A stretch of 52,092 nt of DNA, the filler included, from an uncultured Pseudomonadota bacterium (lineage in GTDB: Bacteria; Babelota; Babeliae; Babelales; JAUPTZ01), in assembly GCA_964429275.1 (NCBI GenBank). It is 6 parts of 6 records of this genome, joined end to end, with 100 filler letters (N's around TTAATTAATTAA, not from the genome) between each part and the next. Parts side by side here need not be neighbours in the genome. Positions count along the whole stretch, not along the records: positions 1 to 18,112 come from CAYSBJ010000003.1; positions 18,213 to 30,762 come from CAYSBJ010000004.1; 4 more parts are not named here. The stretch is one strand, 5' to 3'. The translations under genes and the position numbers were made by a program. Of this stretch, positions 10,208 through 19,479 are shown one piece after another (the stretch's first letter is position 1; the number at the start of each line of letters is the position of its first letter). The notes beneath the pieces were generated by a model. The model did no database searches and was not told where the DNA came from. It was given only the letters and a program-made list of their open reading frames with translations.

Positions 10208-11776
10208 ATGAACGGAGCGATACGCAAACTGCTCTTTTTGGCAGCAGCATGCGCTTGTATTGTACCCGGGGCTGTGGCCACGGTAGCAAATAAAACCCAT
10301 TTTTCCCCCCGTAACGAATTGCAACAAAACGGCAGATTCTGGGCTGTAAGCGCACCATACACGCAAGCGGCGCAAGGGGAGCGTGGTATCACAACAACTT
10401 CTTTGGTGTTTGGCAGTAAATCAACTAATACTGTTGGGCTGGGGCGTCGCTTTGGCAGTTCTCTTAAAAGCGACTACTCTGACGCGAATGGAGCTTTAAC
10501 CGTAGCACTGAGCTCTCTTGGTCTACCAAATGGCCTTTTCGACCGTCAAATTGATCATACATACTCCACAGGCGGGGGCGCTGCCTCTATGTCAGGTTCC
10601 CTAAAACTTGCACCAGTGCAAAAGCGCTTTGGAACTACTTTGGGAATGGATGTTGATCTTGGAAAGATTCTTTCGTTTAACGGTTGGCACTTTTCTGTGG
10701 TGCTTCCTGTAGTAAATGTTGTTAACAATCTTGGGCTGACCTATCCGACAAGTATTGCTTCTGCAAATAAGACGCCAACAGGCACAATCCAGCAGTTTTT
10801 TGCGGGCAATTATACGCAAGGTGGGCATAACAGTCAGCAAGCGTTGATGTTTGGTAAACTGACGACTGATGATTTATCGTCGTGCGGGATTGCGGACATG
10901 AAGGTTGCCGTTGCGTATGATATTGCGCGTGAGATTGATGGTGCTGTTCAAATCAGAGGGGGTGTAATAATACCTTTTGGCGCTCACCCAACGGCCGAAT
11001 ACTTATTCGAAGCAATTCACGGTAACGGGGGCCACTCAGGAATATTTGCTGGCGGGCGTGGAGACTTGTTGCTCTGGGAAAATAAAGAAAAAGGTATGGC
11101 CTTGTGGGGAATGAGTGACTCAGAATTTACCTTTTTATTCAATAATCGCGAGAAACGTATAAACGGAATCTTTAATAAAAATACGGGGTTGACCGTGCCG
11201 TGGGGTCATGCTGCATTAGGTATTCGCTCCACTGTTTCTGGTACGTTTCCACTTGCGAATGTGCTCACTCAAGATATGGATGTTATGCCGGGAGCGCATT
11301 TTGATACCACGTTTGGGTTGACCTTTATTTATAAGGACTTCTTCTTTAACGCCGGTTATAACATGTTCTTTTGCGAGAAAGAGACCTTGGACATAGCAAC
11401 GCAATGGCCGGTTGATCGTTATGGAGTTGCCTGTTATAGCTATGATGCTACACCATCTTCTGGTGCAGTTTCAGCCAATTTTACTGGCACGGCATTGAGC
11501 AGCAGTGCGTCTGCAGTAGGCCCTGTTAACCTTCCAAACAGCAGTTCTTTAGCAACGCATATTGCTGGTGCCGCCGTGGTGTACGAAAGTGATCCAAGTG
11601 TGTGTACCGGCGATGACCAAGAAACGCATCAATTACTGCTTGGCGCTGGCTACCGCCGCGTAGTGCGTGGTATACCGTTTGATGCAGCGGTTTTTGCTTC
11701 GTATGAGTTTCCTTTTGATGCCTCTAAAGCAATCTGTGGTTGGGCGCTTGGTGGAAAAATTAGCATGTACTTCTAG
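10208..11776 (+). CDS. Putative outer-membrane beta-barrel protein
   Basis: AGGAG RBS, signal peptide, amphipathic beta strands, C-terminal ...GGKISMYF (terminal Phe); GNGGH motif resembles a family I associate with Dependentiae. Confidence 0.7.
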   Translation: MNGAIRKLLFLAAACACIVPGAVATVANKTHFSPRNELQQNGRFWAVSAPYTQAAQGERGITTTSLVFGSKSTNTVGLGRRFGSSLKSDYSDANGALTVALSSLGLPNGLFDRQIDHTYSTGGGAASMSGSLKLAPVQKRFGTTLGMDVDLGKILSFNGWHFSVVLPVVNVVNNLGLTYPTSIASANKTPTGTIQQFFAGNYTQGGHNSQQALMFGKLTTDDLSSCGIADMKVAVAYDIAREIDGAVQIRGGVIIPFGAHPTAEYLFEAIHGNGGHSGIFAGGRGDLLLWENKEKGMALWGMSDSEFTFLFNNREKRINGIFNKNTGLTVPWGHAALGIRSTVSGTFPLANVLTQDMDVMPGAHFDTTFGLTFIYKDFFFNAGYNMFFCEKETLDIATQWPVDRYGVACYSYDATPSSGAVSANFTGTALSSSASAVGPVNLPNSSSLATHIAGAAVVYESDPSVCTGDDQETHQLLLGAGYRRVVRGIPFDAAVFASYEFPFDASKAICGWALGGKISMYF

Positions 11777-11794
11777 GAGAGTGCTGATGAGACA

Positions 11795-11826
11795 AAAAGG
11801 GCCGAGAAATCGGCCTTTTTTGTTTT
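11795..11826 (+). terminator. Rho-independent terminator
   Basis: AAAAGGGCCGA-gaaa-TCGGCCTTTTTTG hairpin with U-tract after the OMP gene. Confidence 0.8.
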
Positions 11827-11904
11827 CCGCTTTACATTTTTATAATAATACCTTTTAATGCTCGACCCTCCTGCCGTGTTGTGTTACTTGAAATTCGGGG
11901 GATT

Positions 11905-12606
11905 ATGTCTAACTTAATTAAGTTATTTGTATGTTTTGTCGGTGTTGGTAGCTCTGTCGTTGCAGCAAATGTTTCCAGCTGCAAGCATGATGCTGAGAGC
12001 TGGGTGGAGGAGTGCTTCAAAAAGTATTATGGTTTGCTGCAAAATAGCCCGTGCCCTTGGGGAGCGGCGGAGTCAGAGCAGAGAGTGCGTTTATACGCAA
12101 TGATGCTTGCTTTAAATGATGGTTATTACGATGAGGTTCGTAACCATTTTATCGATTTTTCCTTTACTCAAGTGGTAGCAGCATGGAAATTGCTTGGTTC
12201 GAGTGAAGCCTTTCGGTGCGTGATTATAAAAAATACTGCTGAGTTGGCTACTGCTTTATTTGAACGGGCGGATAAGGGCGAATCTATTTTTGATAAAAAT
12301 AAAAGGGTTATTTATTGGTTCTATACATTTTTGAATAAGGTTGTAAAGATGAATGAAGGAGTGTCGGTTGTGGTTTTTAGGGCATTACTGAAAAGCGCTA
12401 CTGAACAAACAATTAATTTCCTGGAGCAACCGAACGGCGTCGAATTGATTTTAGAGCAAAATAAAACGGTGCTTTCAAAATTCGATACGTTTTTGAATGA
12501 GGCCTCGCGTGTGTATGGGCTTCAGTTTGCTAAGGAAATAGCGAGGTCACGCAAATCTGTGGAAATCTTTTTGCGTTACGTTGCCTGGTGCAAAGAGCTT
12601 TCGTAG
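11905..12606 (+). CDS. Hypothetical secreted protein
   Basis: ATG at 11905 after GGGGGA; signal-peptide-like start; helical body. Confidence 0.7.
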   Translation: MSNLIKLFVCFVGVGSSVVAANVSSCKHDAESWVEECFKKYYGLLQNSPCPWGAAESEQRVRLYAMMLALNDGYYDEVRNHFIDFSFTQVVAAWKLLGSSEAFRCVIIKNTAELATALFERADKGESIFDKNKRVIYWFYTFLNKVVKMNEGVSVVVFRALLKSATEQTINFLEQPNGVELILEQNKTVLSKFDTFLNEASRVYGLQFAKEIARSRKSVEIFLRYVAWCKELS

Positions 12607-12691
12607 TGCTATATTCTTGTTTCGTAAAACGTGAGTTTGTTAAGCTTATTATGTTTGAGGAGGGGTACTTCAACATTTTAGGAGGCGGACT

Positions 12692-13693
12692 ATGTATGCA
12701 AATAAGAGACTAACAACAGGGATATTAGCAGCGTTTTGCATAACTTTAGGGTCGTTGGCCGGAGCTACCTGTTCTGGAGTGCTTTCTGCGGATCGAGCGA
12801 TTGTAGAATCTATTTGTAAGCAAAAGAGCGATTTTCCAGATGATTATAATACTGCGCAGACCCTTATTTTAATTGGGGTTAAGCATAAGGATCTTAGAAA
12901 CCAGTGTGGTGCAGAGTTGATTAAGCGCATGGCACGGGCTCCACGAGATGGAGATCGTGGGCTTAACGAGTTATATACTCGGCTCATGAATCGCATTCGG
13001 CAACATAACGCGGAAGCATTTGCTGAATTACTTGAAGGCTGTGATTTCAAAGAATTTAGCGATGCAGTTTGTGAGCAGGCTGTAACGTTAATGGATCACT
13101 TTGTGGGCGATTCAGCCGCGTGGAATCTTGTGGTTGCTCGTCGTATTGCAGCTGTTTTACATAAGATTATGAGAGTAGGCGATACCTTTGGGTCTGCGGC
13201 ATCTGCTCGTACTGCAAAGCATCGTATAGAATCATTGATTTCTGATGGGCCTGCACGGGCAAAAATGTGCGAGTCGTTGGAGGATGACTGTGAATCAGAA
13301 CCTTTTGATTTGACACCAACTAGGACTGCTTTTAATAAGCGAATACAGCGAAAGGCGGATGAGCAACTTTTGGAGAAAGCGCAAAATTTCCTCGGTGTTG
13401 CTCGTAAGGCTGAAGACACGACTTCGTACGAAATAATGGCGCAATTTTCTCAGGCAGCAAATGATTTTGTGAAAGTTGGGACTAGCCAACCTGATTTAGG
13501 CGATGCGTGCGTTGCTGGCCTTGAAGAGCTTGAAAGAATGACCCCTTGTCTACGCTTTGTTGAGCGAGTTGGACGTGGAGTTCGCGCTATTCGTGAAAAA
13601 CAGGGCAAAGATAGCGCCTCCTGTTATTCGGTTGATTCGGCCGATAGTACAAGTATTGCGGATGATGTGCTCTCAGTCCGCTCGGTAGAGTAG
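12692..13693 (+). CDS. Hypothetical secreted protein
   Basis: AGGAGG RBS; signal peptide; helical body with Ser/Asp-rich tail. Confidence 0.75.
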   Translation: MYANKRLTTGILAAFCITLGSLAGATCSGVLSADRAIVESICKQKSDFPDDYNTAQTLILIGVKHKDLRNQCGAELIKRMARAPRDGDRGLNELYTRLMNRIRQHNAEAFAELLEGCDFKEFSDAVCEQAVTLMDHFVGDSAAWNLVVARRIAAVLHKIMRVGDTFGSAASARTAKHRIESLISDGPARAKMCESLEDDCESEPFDLTPTRTAFNKRIQRKADEQLLEKAQNFLGVARKAEDTTSYEIMAQFSQAANDFVKVGTSQPDLGDACVAGLEELERMTPCLRFVERVGRGVRAIREKQGKDSASCYSVDSADSTSIADDVLSVRSVE

Positions 13694-13708
13694 GCTCTTA
13701 ACGCTTTT

Positions 13709-14686
13709 TTAACTATTTTGTGTGGCAATACAAAAAAAACGTTTTTTCTTTTTTATGGAGAGGCCAGTTCTAATTGTGTGGGTACCGCTACGTCGTGAAT
13801 TGAGGAATCGTTCGATTTCTTTAAAAAGTCCTTCTGTGGGCGTGAATGGTGCGCTAGCCTGAATAAGTAATGATGTTAGTATTCGTGTTCGCAGCGCCGG
13901 CGCACATGCAAGAAATGACTCGATTTTATACCAGCCACTTGGATCTTTTAATGCTTCAAGAGTTTGCGTGCAAAGCTGCAGTAGCACTTCTTCTTCCTGC
14001 TGCAGATGAGTGATGGTGCGGAGCGTCGAACGGAGCGCTCGACTATCGCATTCTGCAAGAAGTGGCATGAAGTTCGTGCGGATACGGTTGCGAAGAAAAG
14101 CCATGCTCTCGTTTGTTTCATCATGGCAAAAAGTTTGATTGTTTTCTGCAAGCCAGGCCAATATCTCTGCTTTGGTAATACTGAGTAATGGTCGCAAGAG
14201 ATGATCTTGTGTTGGTCGCATGCTGCAAAGGCCAGTAAGGCCTGCGCCGCGAATGAGACGAATAAAAAAGGTTTCAATTTGGTCGTCAGCATGGTGTGCC
14301 AGCGCGATGTATGCAGCACCATGCTTTTGGCGATATTCCTCAAAAATTACACGACGTGCTTCTCGTGCATCGGCTTCTTTTGAACCTGAATTGCGTTTAT
14401 GCGATGGAACTAATGAGTTCCCATGTGCCACTTTCTCTATAATAATCTGAATGTCATGCATGGCACCTAATGCTGTGCAAAATTGTTCATCTCGCAGTGC
14501 TGTTTCGCGCCAGCCATGGTTAATGTGCAGTGCGATGAGCGTGATCTTTTCTGCTTTGTGGAGTGCGAGCAGGGTGTGAAAAAGAAACACCGAATCGGCG
14601 CCGCCAGAAAGCCCAAGAAGGATAGTGGGGCGTGCATGGGTAGTGATGAGCTGTAAGACGTATTCTTGTATGGGCTTTATGTTCAT
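13709..14686 (-). CDS. tilS: tRNA(Ile)-lysidine synthetase
   Basis: SGGADS PP-loop, HINHGWR, AHHADDQIET, RG.GL.GL, LLRPLL, DETN, RNRIR. Confidence 0.95.
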   Translation of the reverse strand: MNIKPIQEYVLQLITTHARPTILLGLSGGADSVFLFHTLLALHKAEKITLIALHINHGWRETALRDEQFCTALGAMHDIQIIIEKVAHGNSLVPSHKRNSGSKEADAREARRVIFEEYRQKHGAAYIALAHHADDQIETFFIRLIRGAGLTGLCSMRPTQDHLLRPLLSITKAEILAWLAENNQTFCHDETNESMAFLRNRIRTNFMPLLAECDSRALRSTLRTITHLQQEEEVLLQLCTQTLEALKDPSGWYKIESFLACAPALRTRILTSLLIQASAPFTPTEGLFKEIERFLNSRRSGTHTIRTGLSIKKKKRFFCIATQNS

Positions 14687-14702
14687 TAGTTTTCCACCTT
14701 GC

Positions 14703-14748
14703 GTCATTGCGAGCGTCGCACCCGAAGGCGGGCGTCGCGTGGCAATCC
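14703..14748. repeat. REP/RPE-like palindromic element between prfB and tilS
   Basis: GTCATTGCGAG...GTGGCAATCC with internal GC hairpin; resembles the widespread GTCATTGCGAG/GGCAATC palindromic repeats. Confidence 0.6.
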
Positions 14749-14751
14749 ATA

Positions 14752-15840
14752 TTATTTGCTTTCCACATTGTCCATGAGTAGCGCTTCGATAAATGGCATG
14801 AGATCACCGTCTAGCACGATGTCTGGCTGTGGTGATTCATGATTGGTGCGGAGGTCTTTGACCATTTTATAGGGATGCAATACATACGAGCGGATTTGTG
14901 ATCCCCACTCAATTTTTTGTTTCTCTACTGAATCACTTTTTGCTTGCTGTTCTTCTTCTTGCCGTTGCACTAATTTTGCCATCAACATTTTCATAGCGGT
15001 CTGCTTATTTTGTCCTTGCGACCGTTCGTTTTGACATTGCACGACAATGTTAGTAGGAAGGTGAGTTATGCGTACGGCCGAGTCAGTCTTGTTGACGTGC
15101 TGTCCGCCGGCGCCGCCAGCCCGGTAGGTGTCGATGCGTAAATCTTTTTCATTTATTTCAATATTTGCCTGCTCTACTTCCGGTGTTACGGTGACACTGG
15201 CAAACGAGGTATGCCGTCGTTTGTTTGAGTCGAATGGTGAAATACGCACGAGGCGGTGCACGCCATGCTCTGCTTTGAGGAGGCCGTAGGCGTTTTTTCC
15301 ACTAATAAGAAGAGTGGCTCCTTTGATGCCGGCTTCTTCTCCTTGTTGATCATCCAGTATTTGGACACCGAACTTTTCTCGTTCACAAAAGCGTACATAC
15401 ATACGAAGGAGCATCGCGGCCCAGTCTTGCGACTCGGTGCCGCCAGCGCCAGCGTTGATGGCGACAAAGCAGTTGCTGCCGTCATGTTCACCTTTGAGTA
15501 ATAAGAAAAGTTTGAAGTTGATGATTTCTTTGCGGAGCTTTTTGAGTTCTTTGAATAGGGCCTCAAGCTCCTGCTCGTCGTCGATAAAGAGGGCATACAT
15601 CTCTTTTATATCATTATAGGCGCCGGTAACAGCCGTATATCGAGCCCGGGCATCTTTGAGATGTTCTAGTTCTTTGGAGATGGCAACATTATCGGTGCGT
15701 TGCCAGAAATTTTCGTCGAAGGTAAAGGCCTCAAGCTCTTTGCAGCGGCTTTCCGCGTTGCTTTTGGCCCACGATTGGATAATGGTGGTGATGTCTGGTT
15801 CAAATTCTTTGAGTAGTTCTAGTACGTCGTCGCGAAACAT
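14752..15840 (-). CDS. prfB: Peptide chain release factor 2, single continuous ORF
   Basis: GAGGTESQDW, SPF anticodon-mimic motif, GGQ, WGSQIRSYV; open from the ATG at 15840. Confidence 0.96.
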   Translation of the reverse strand: MFRDDVLELLKEFEPDITTIIQSWAKSNAESRCKELEAFTFDENFWQRTDNVAISKELEHLKDARARYTAVTGAYNDIKEMYALFIDDEQELEALFKELKKLRKEIINFKLFLLLKGEHDGSNCFVAINAGAGGTESQDWAAMLLRMYVRFCEREKFGVQILDDQQGEEAGIKGATLLISGKNAYGLLKAEHGVHRLVRISPFDSNKRRHTSFASVTVTPEVEQANIEINEKDLRIDTYRAGGAGGQHVNKTDSAVRITHLPTNIVVQCQNERSQGQNKQTAMKMLMAKLVQRQEEEQQAKSDSVEKQKIEWGSQIRSYVLHPYKMVKDLRTNHESPQPDIVLDGDLMPFIEALLMDNVESK

Positions 15841-16017
15841 GTAAAATTCCTTGCTAATGAGGGTGATAGTATAGCATATTTTTCTTTCTCGACAGGTAGT
15901 TTAAGTAGGGATAGAATCTCCTGCCGGGTTCTGTCGTGGCGTTCGTTTTCGTTCGAGGTGTGAATATGGCTGCCATAGTTAGTTGATGGGGGCGTTGTAT
16001 GTTGTTGGGAATAATGG

Positions 16018-16920
16018 GTGAATGAGGTAATGATGGAAGATGGTATGGAATTGCGGTTGGGTCAAGAAGTTGGAGCGGCGAATGGACCGGGCGTTGTCAG
16101 AGTAATGAGCTATAACATTAGAATCGCGCCGTGTGCGGAGGATGATTATACCCAGAATGCGTGGCAGCATCGTTTACCAAAGGTTTCTCTTCTCCTTGAA
16201 CACCACAAGCCAGATATTGTGGGGCTGCAGGAGGCTTCGTCTGGGCAGATTAAGGACTTAGCGCATTGTGCATACACTAAATCGTATGCATTTCTTTCGT
16301 GGCCTATTTCTGCGGGTGGGCGAGAGGTAGACCTGGCTATTATGTATAATGCTATTGTTTGTGAGCCGATTTCCTCCCTTTATGTGCAATGGTTTACTGC
16401 GGATGGCTCTGTGGATATATACGACGGGTCCGGACAGGAACGGTGCGTTATTTATGCTAAATTCCGAAGCAAAATGACAGGATCTGCGTGGTGGTTTATG
16501 ACCACGCATTTTGACCATGGTGGCCCTCTTATTCGAGCGAGAAGTGCCGCGACTTTGATGGAAATTGCCGCATCCTGTGATGCACCCGTCATTATTACCG
16601 GCGACTTTAATTGCTTTCCGCAAGCGGGTGGCAAGGAGCTTTATGAGTTTTTGGCCTTCTCGCAGCCTCGCATTACTGATAGTGCGTTGCTGACTCAAGG
16701 TTGTGTAGGGCCTGTGGGAACCTGGATGGGGTGGGATTATGATCAGTATCATGATCGCACGGCAACGATGCGTTATGACCATATTTTTATTTCCCAAGAG
16801 GCTTCGGTTATCCAATACGGGGTTTTAGACGACCGGGTTTGGGACCGATCTTTTGGGCTTGAGCTCTATCCTTCTGATCACCGGCCGGTTATTGTGGATC
16901 TGCAGTGGAAGAGTATGTAG
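16018..16920 (+). CDS. Endonuclease/exonuclease/phosphatase (EEP) family protein
   Basis: SYNIR, GLQE, THFDH, GDFN, YDHIF, SDHRPV motifs. Confidence 0.9.
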   Translation: MNEVMMEDGMELRLGQEVGAANGPGVVRVMSYNIRIAPCAEDDYTQNAWQHRLPKVSLLLEHHKPDIVGLQEASSGQIKDLAHCAYTKSYAFLSWPISAGGREVDLAIMYNAIVCEPISSLYVQWFTADGSVDIYDGSGQERCVIYAKFRSKMTGSAWWFMTTHFDHGGPLIRARSAATLMEIAASCDAPVIITGDFNCFPQAGGKELYEFLAFSQPRITDSALLTQGCVGPVGTWMGWDYDQYHDRTATMRYDHIFISQEASVIQYGVLDDRVWDRSFGLELYPSDHRPVIVDLQWKSM

Positions 16921-16958
16921 CAGTGTGCCTTGTTTGTTAAAAGAGGGAGGACTTACGT

Positions 16959-17126
16959 ATGATGAATATATCTCGACGTCGATTGTATACCGAACATAAG
17001 TATGTCTCGGCAAAATTGGCCGACTTTAATCGCTTTGCAGTTCGCGTAGACTTTGCGCAGGCGCACGAGGAAGTGTGTATGACAAATGCGGTATGCTTAG
17101 TGGCATTTTACTGGATCAGCCGGTAA
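16959..17126 (+). pseudogene. Short ORF, possibly an eroded gene remnant
   Basis: Strong GGGAGG RBS, 55-aa ORF MMNISRRRLYTEHKYVSAKLADF...; coding-like sequence continues in another frame after the stop. Confidence 0.3.
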
Positions 17127-17194
17127 AGTTTGCTGCGGTGTGGTCGCTGGTTGAGCCGCTGTTGGCGTTGGAATATCAAGCGTTCTTTAACAAG

Positions 17195-17890
17195 CTAAAC
17201 TTCCCGAGCGCATAGTGCGATGACGCGGGCAGGAGCTTCTGTGGCAGCCGTCAGAGGCAATGGAAGTATAATGCCAGTGGCGCCGGTCGGCGGAATCTTC
17301 TCGAGGTTGTTCATATTTTCAATAATGTAACACCCGTGTCCCAGCAGGATTTCATGCGCAAAAAAACGATCGCCGACAAGTATGTCAACGCTGTGCGTGT
17401 CGATGCCAACACCATAGGGATTGCGAAGCGTGAGTAGCTCAGCTGCCTCTGCGCTCAGGCCAGGGAATCTTTGGTACCGTGCTGGATCCGCCCACAAGTG
17501 GGACCATCCGGTATAGAAACAGATGATGCTGTTTTCCTTGATGATGCCGTATTGTTCTTCAAAGTCGAGAATATCCTGCGCCGGTATTTGGTATGATTCA
17601 GTTGCTTTGTTGGCGACGTTAATGACAACAAGAGGGGCCATAAAGCAATGAGGGTCGAGCTGATCGATTGTTTTACCCCCCGGGATGCAGTGGGCAGGCG
17701 CATCTATATGGGTCCCGAGGCCGGTGGCAAAGGAAGTGCGCTGCGCGCGGAACTTGGTGTGGGTGGTGCAATCCGCGTAATCTATCGTAGTACTGAGTGT
17801 ATAATCGGCTGGGCCACCATGCCAGGTAGGGACTTTTTCATTGAGCTCATGCGATAAGTCGACAATATGCGGATATTTATGTTTATTCAC
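17195..17890 (-). CDS. Cyclase / kynurenine formamidase-like metal hydrolase
   Basis: VDLSH, GTHIDAPAH, FYTGW, FPGLS, GIDTHSVD, IIENM, EAPARVIA. Confidence 0.9.
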   Translation of the reverse strand: MNKHKYPHIVDLSHELNEKVPTWHGGPADYTLSTTIDYADCTTHTKFRAQRTSFATGLGTHIDAPAHCIPGGKTIDQLDPHCFMAPLVVINVANKATESYQIPAQDILDFEEQYGIIKENSIICFYTGWSHLWADPARYQRFPGLSAEAAELLTLRNPYGVGIDTHSVDILVGDRFFAHEILLGHGCYIIENMNNLEKIPPTGATGIILPLPLTAATEAPARVIALCAREV

Positions 17891-18112
17891 AACAACCTCT
17901 TTTTTGCTGGATTATACGGTCTTTTCGCGTAATTGCTGGGTGATTATAGTGGCTTCTTTCGATTTTGTATGCAGTTTTTGTGGAAATATGCTTGCAATTT
18001 TATCCCCAGCTGATATCATACTCCCCACTTGCTGCTGCGAAAACGTGGTAGCGAGTCCAAGTCTTTGACATATCAAGCAGAAATGCGAGAAATTCAGTTA
18101 ATTTTTTTAGAG

Positions 18113-18212
18113 NNNNNNNNNNNNNNNNNNNNNNNNNNNNNNNNNNNNNNNNNNNNTTAATTAATTAANNNNNNNNNNNNNNNNNNNNNNNNNNNNNNNN
18201 NNNNNNNNNNNN
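18113..18212. other. Artificial contig linker
   Basis: N-run + TTAATTAATTAA + N-run; abrupt composition change across it. Confidence 0.98.
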
Positions 18213-18450
18213 GGGCGATGCGCTCCCGCTCCGCCTCGGCGATCGCGTCCTGTCCGTGCTCCCGCACGGTCTCGCCGAGGACCTCGCGGTTCGCCTCGGT
18301 CTGCCTCGTGTGCTCGCGCTCGATCCCGGCCTGGCGCCCGCGGAGGTACGCCCAGACGGCGGCGACGATGGCGCCCACGGCGAGCGCGACCCAGCGGACC
18401 CACGCGCGCGCGCACAGCCAGCGCCACGCGGCCGAGAGCGCGGTCAGCAT
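18213..18450 (-). CDS. Putative i-spanin-like membrane protein (3'-truncated)
   Basis: N-terminal TM (VALAVGAIVAAVWAYLRGR..G) followed by a charged helical segment. Confidence 0.45.
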
Positions 18451-18659
18451 CACCACGGCGACACCTCCAGGTTGCGCGCGGCGACGTGGTTCGCCACGGC
18501 CTGCGCGTGCGCGATCGCGTCGCGCTGCGCCTCGACGTCGCGCCACACCTGGGCCCGCTGTTCCGGCGTGACCGCTGCATCCAGCGCGCAGAGGAGACAC
18601 GACGCCTCGACGGTGATCGCGCCGCAGGTAGTGCATGGGCGCGCGTAGGTGCGGATCAC
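18450..18659 (-). CDS. Small CxxC-CxxC phage protein
   Basis: GTG start overlapping the upstream stop; CTTC...CLLC. Confidence 0.55.
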   Translation of the reverse strand: MIRTYARPCTTCGAITVEASCLLCALDAAVTPEQRAQVWRDVEAQRDAIAHAQAVANHVAARNLEVSPW

Positions 18660-18835
18660 GGGAGCACCTTCGTTCGCCGCACGCGCGGGTTCGAGCCGGG
18701 CTTGCGCACACGGTCGGCGTACGCTCGCTGCTTCAGCCGCAGGTTCGGCGACACAGGCCACGGCCACGGGCGATCGGGCCTCCAGTCCGGGTCGAAGACC
18801 GGTGCGGTGGAAGACCACGACGAATCGGGGTTCAT
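18656..18835 (-). CDS. Small hypothetical phage protein
   Basis: ATGA/GTGA coupling on both sides; GGAGG RBS; MNPDSSWSS... Confidence 0.45.
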   Translation of the reverse strand: MNPDSSWSSTAPVFDPDWRPDRPWPWPVSPNLRLKQRAYADRVRKPGSNPRVRRTKVLP

Positions 18836-19419
18836 CGCGACACCTCCGCGCGACACGGCTGCCCGAGCGCGACGCACTCGATCTCGCGCGTCTCGTGCTC
18901 CCGCACGTAGGCGTAGACCTTCGCCTCCGCCTCGCAGAGCAGGTTGACCGCGTCGGTCAACCGCGGGTCCGCAGGCATCGCCTCGACGGCGAGCGCGGCC
19001 TCGCGGATCGCGAGCTCGGCGGGCGTCATCTGATCGACGCGCGCGCGGGTCTCGGGAACGACGCGCGGGGTGGGCGTGGACGTCGTCTCTCCCGGCGCGC
19101 ACGCGATCGCAGCGTTGACCCACATACGCGCGGCGCGGAGGAATAGGAGCCCGGCGCTCGGCCCGCCTGCGTCCATGTTCTCGACGAGGTCGTTGACGGT
19201 GCGGAGCGCCATCCGTCGCTCGATGCCGCGCGGGCACTCCGACATGACGACCTCGACCATGGCCTCGATGTCGTCCGGCGAGACCTTCGCGCTGGCGATC
19301 TTGCGCGCCAGCACGAGCACTGCGTCCGTGATGCGGTCGTACTTCTTCTGCTGCTCGGGCGTCGGAGCGTGATACGTGAACCAGCGATCGAGGTCGGCGT
19401 CCGTGATCATCGCGCCCAT
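18832..19419 (-). CDS. Acb2/Tad1-hairpin-like domain fused to a second small phage domain
   Basis: DLDRWFTYHAP...CP..ER..A...MWVNAAIA pattern, then TPAELAI..A..AVE...AD.RLTDAV.LL domain. Confidence 0.55.
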   Translation of the reverse strand: MGAMITDADLDRWFTYHAPTPEQQKKYDRITDAVLVLARKIASAKVSPDDIEAMVEVVMSECPRGIERRMALRTVNDLVENMDAGGPSAGLLFLRAARMWVNAAIACAPGETTSTPTPRVVPETRARVDQMTPAELAIREAALAVEAMPADPRLTDAVNLLCEAEAKVYAYVREHETREIECVALGQPCRAEVSR

Positions 19420-19479
19420 CGTGCGCCCGCGTGCGAAGTCGTGCCGTGCCGTCTTGTCGGAAACACCGCGCTCACGCCT

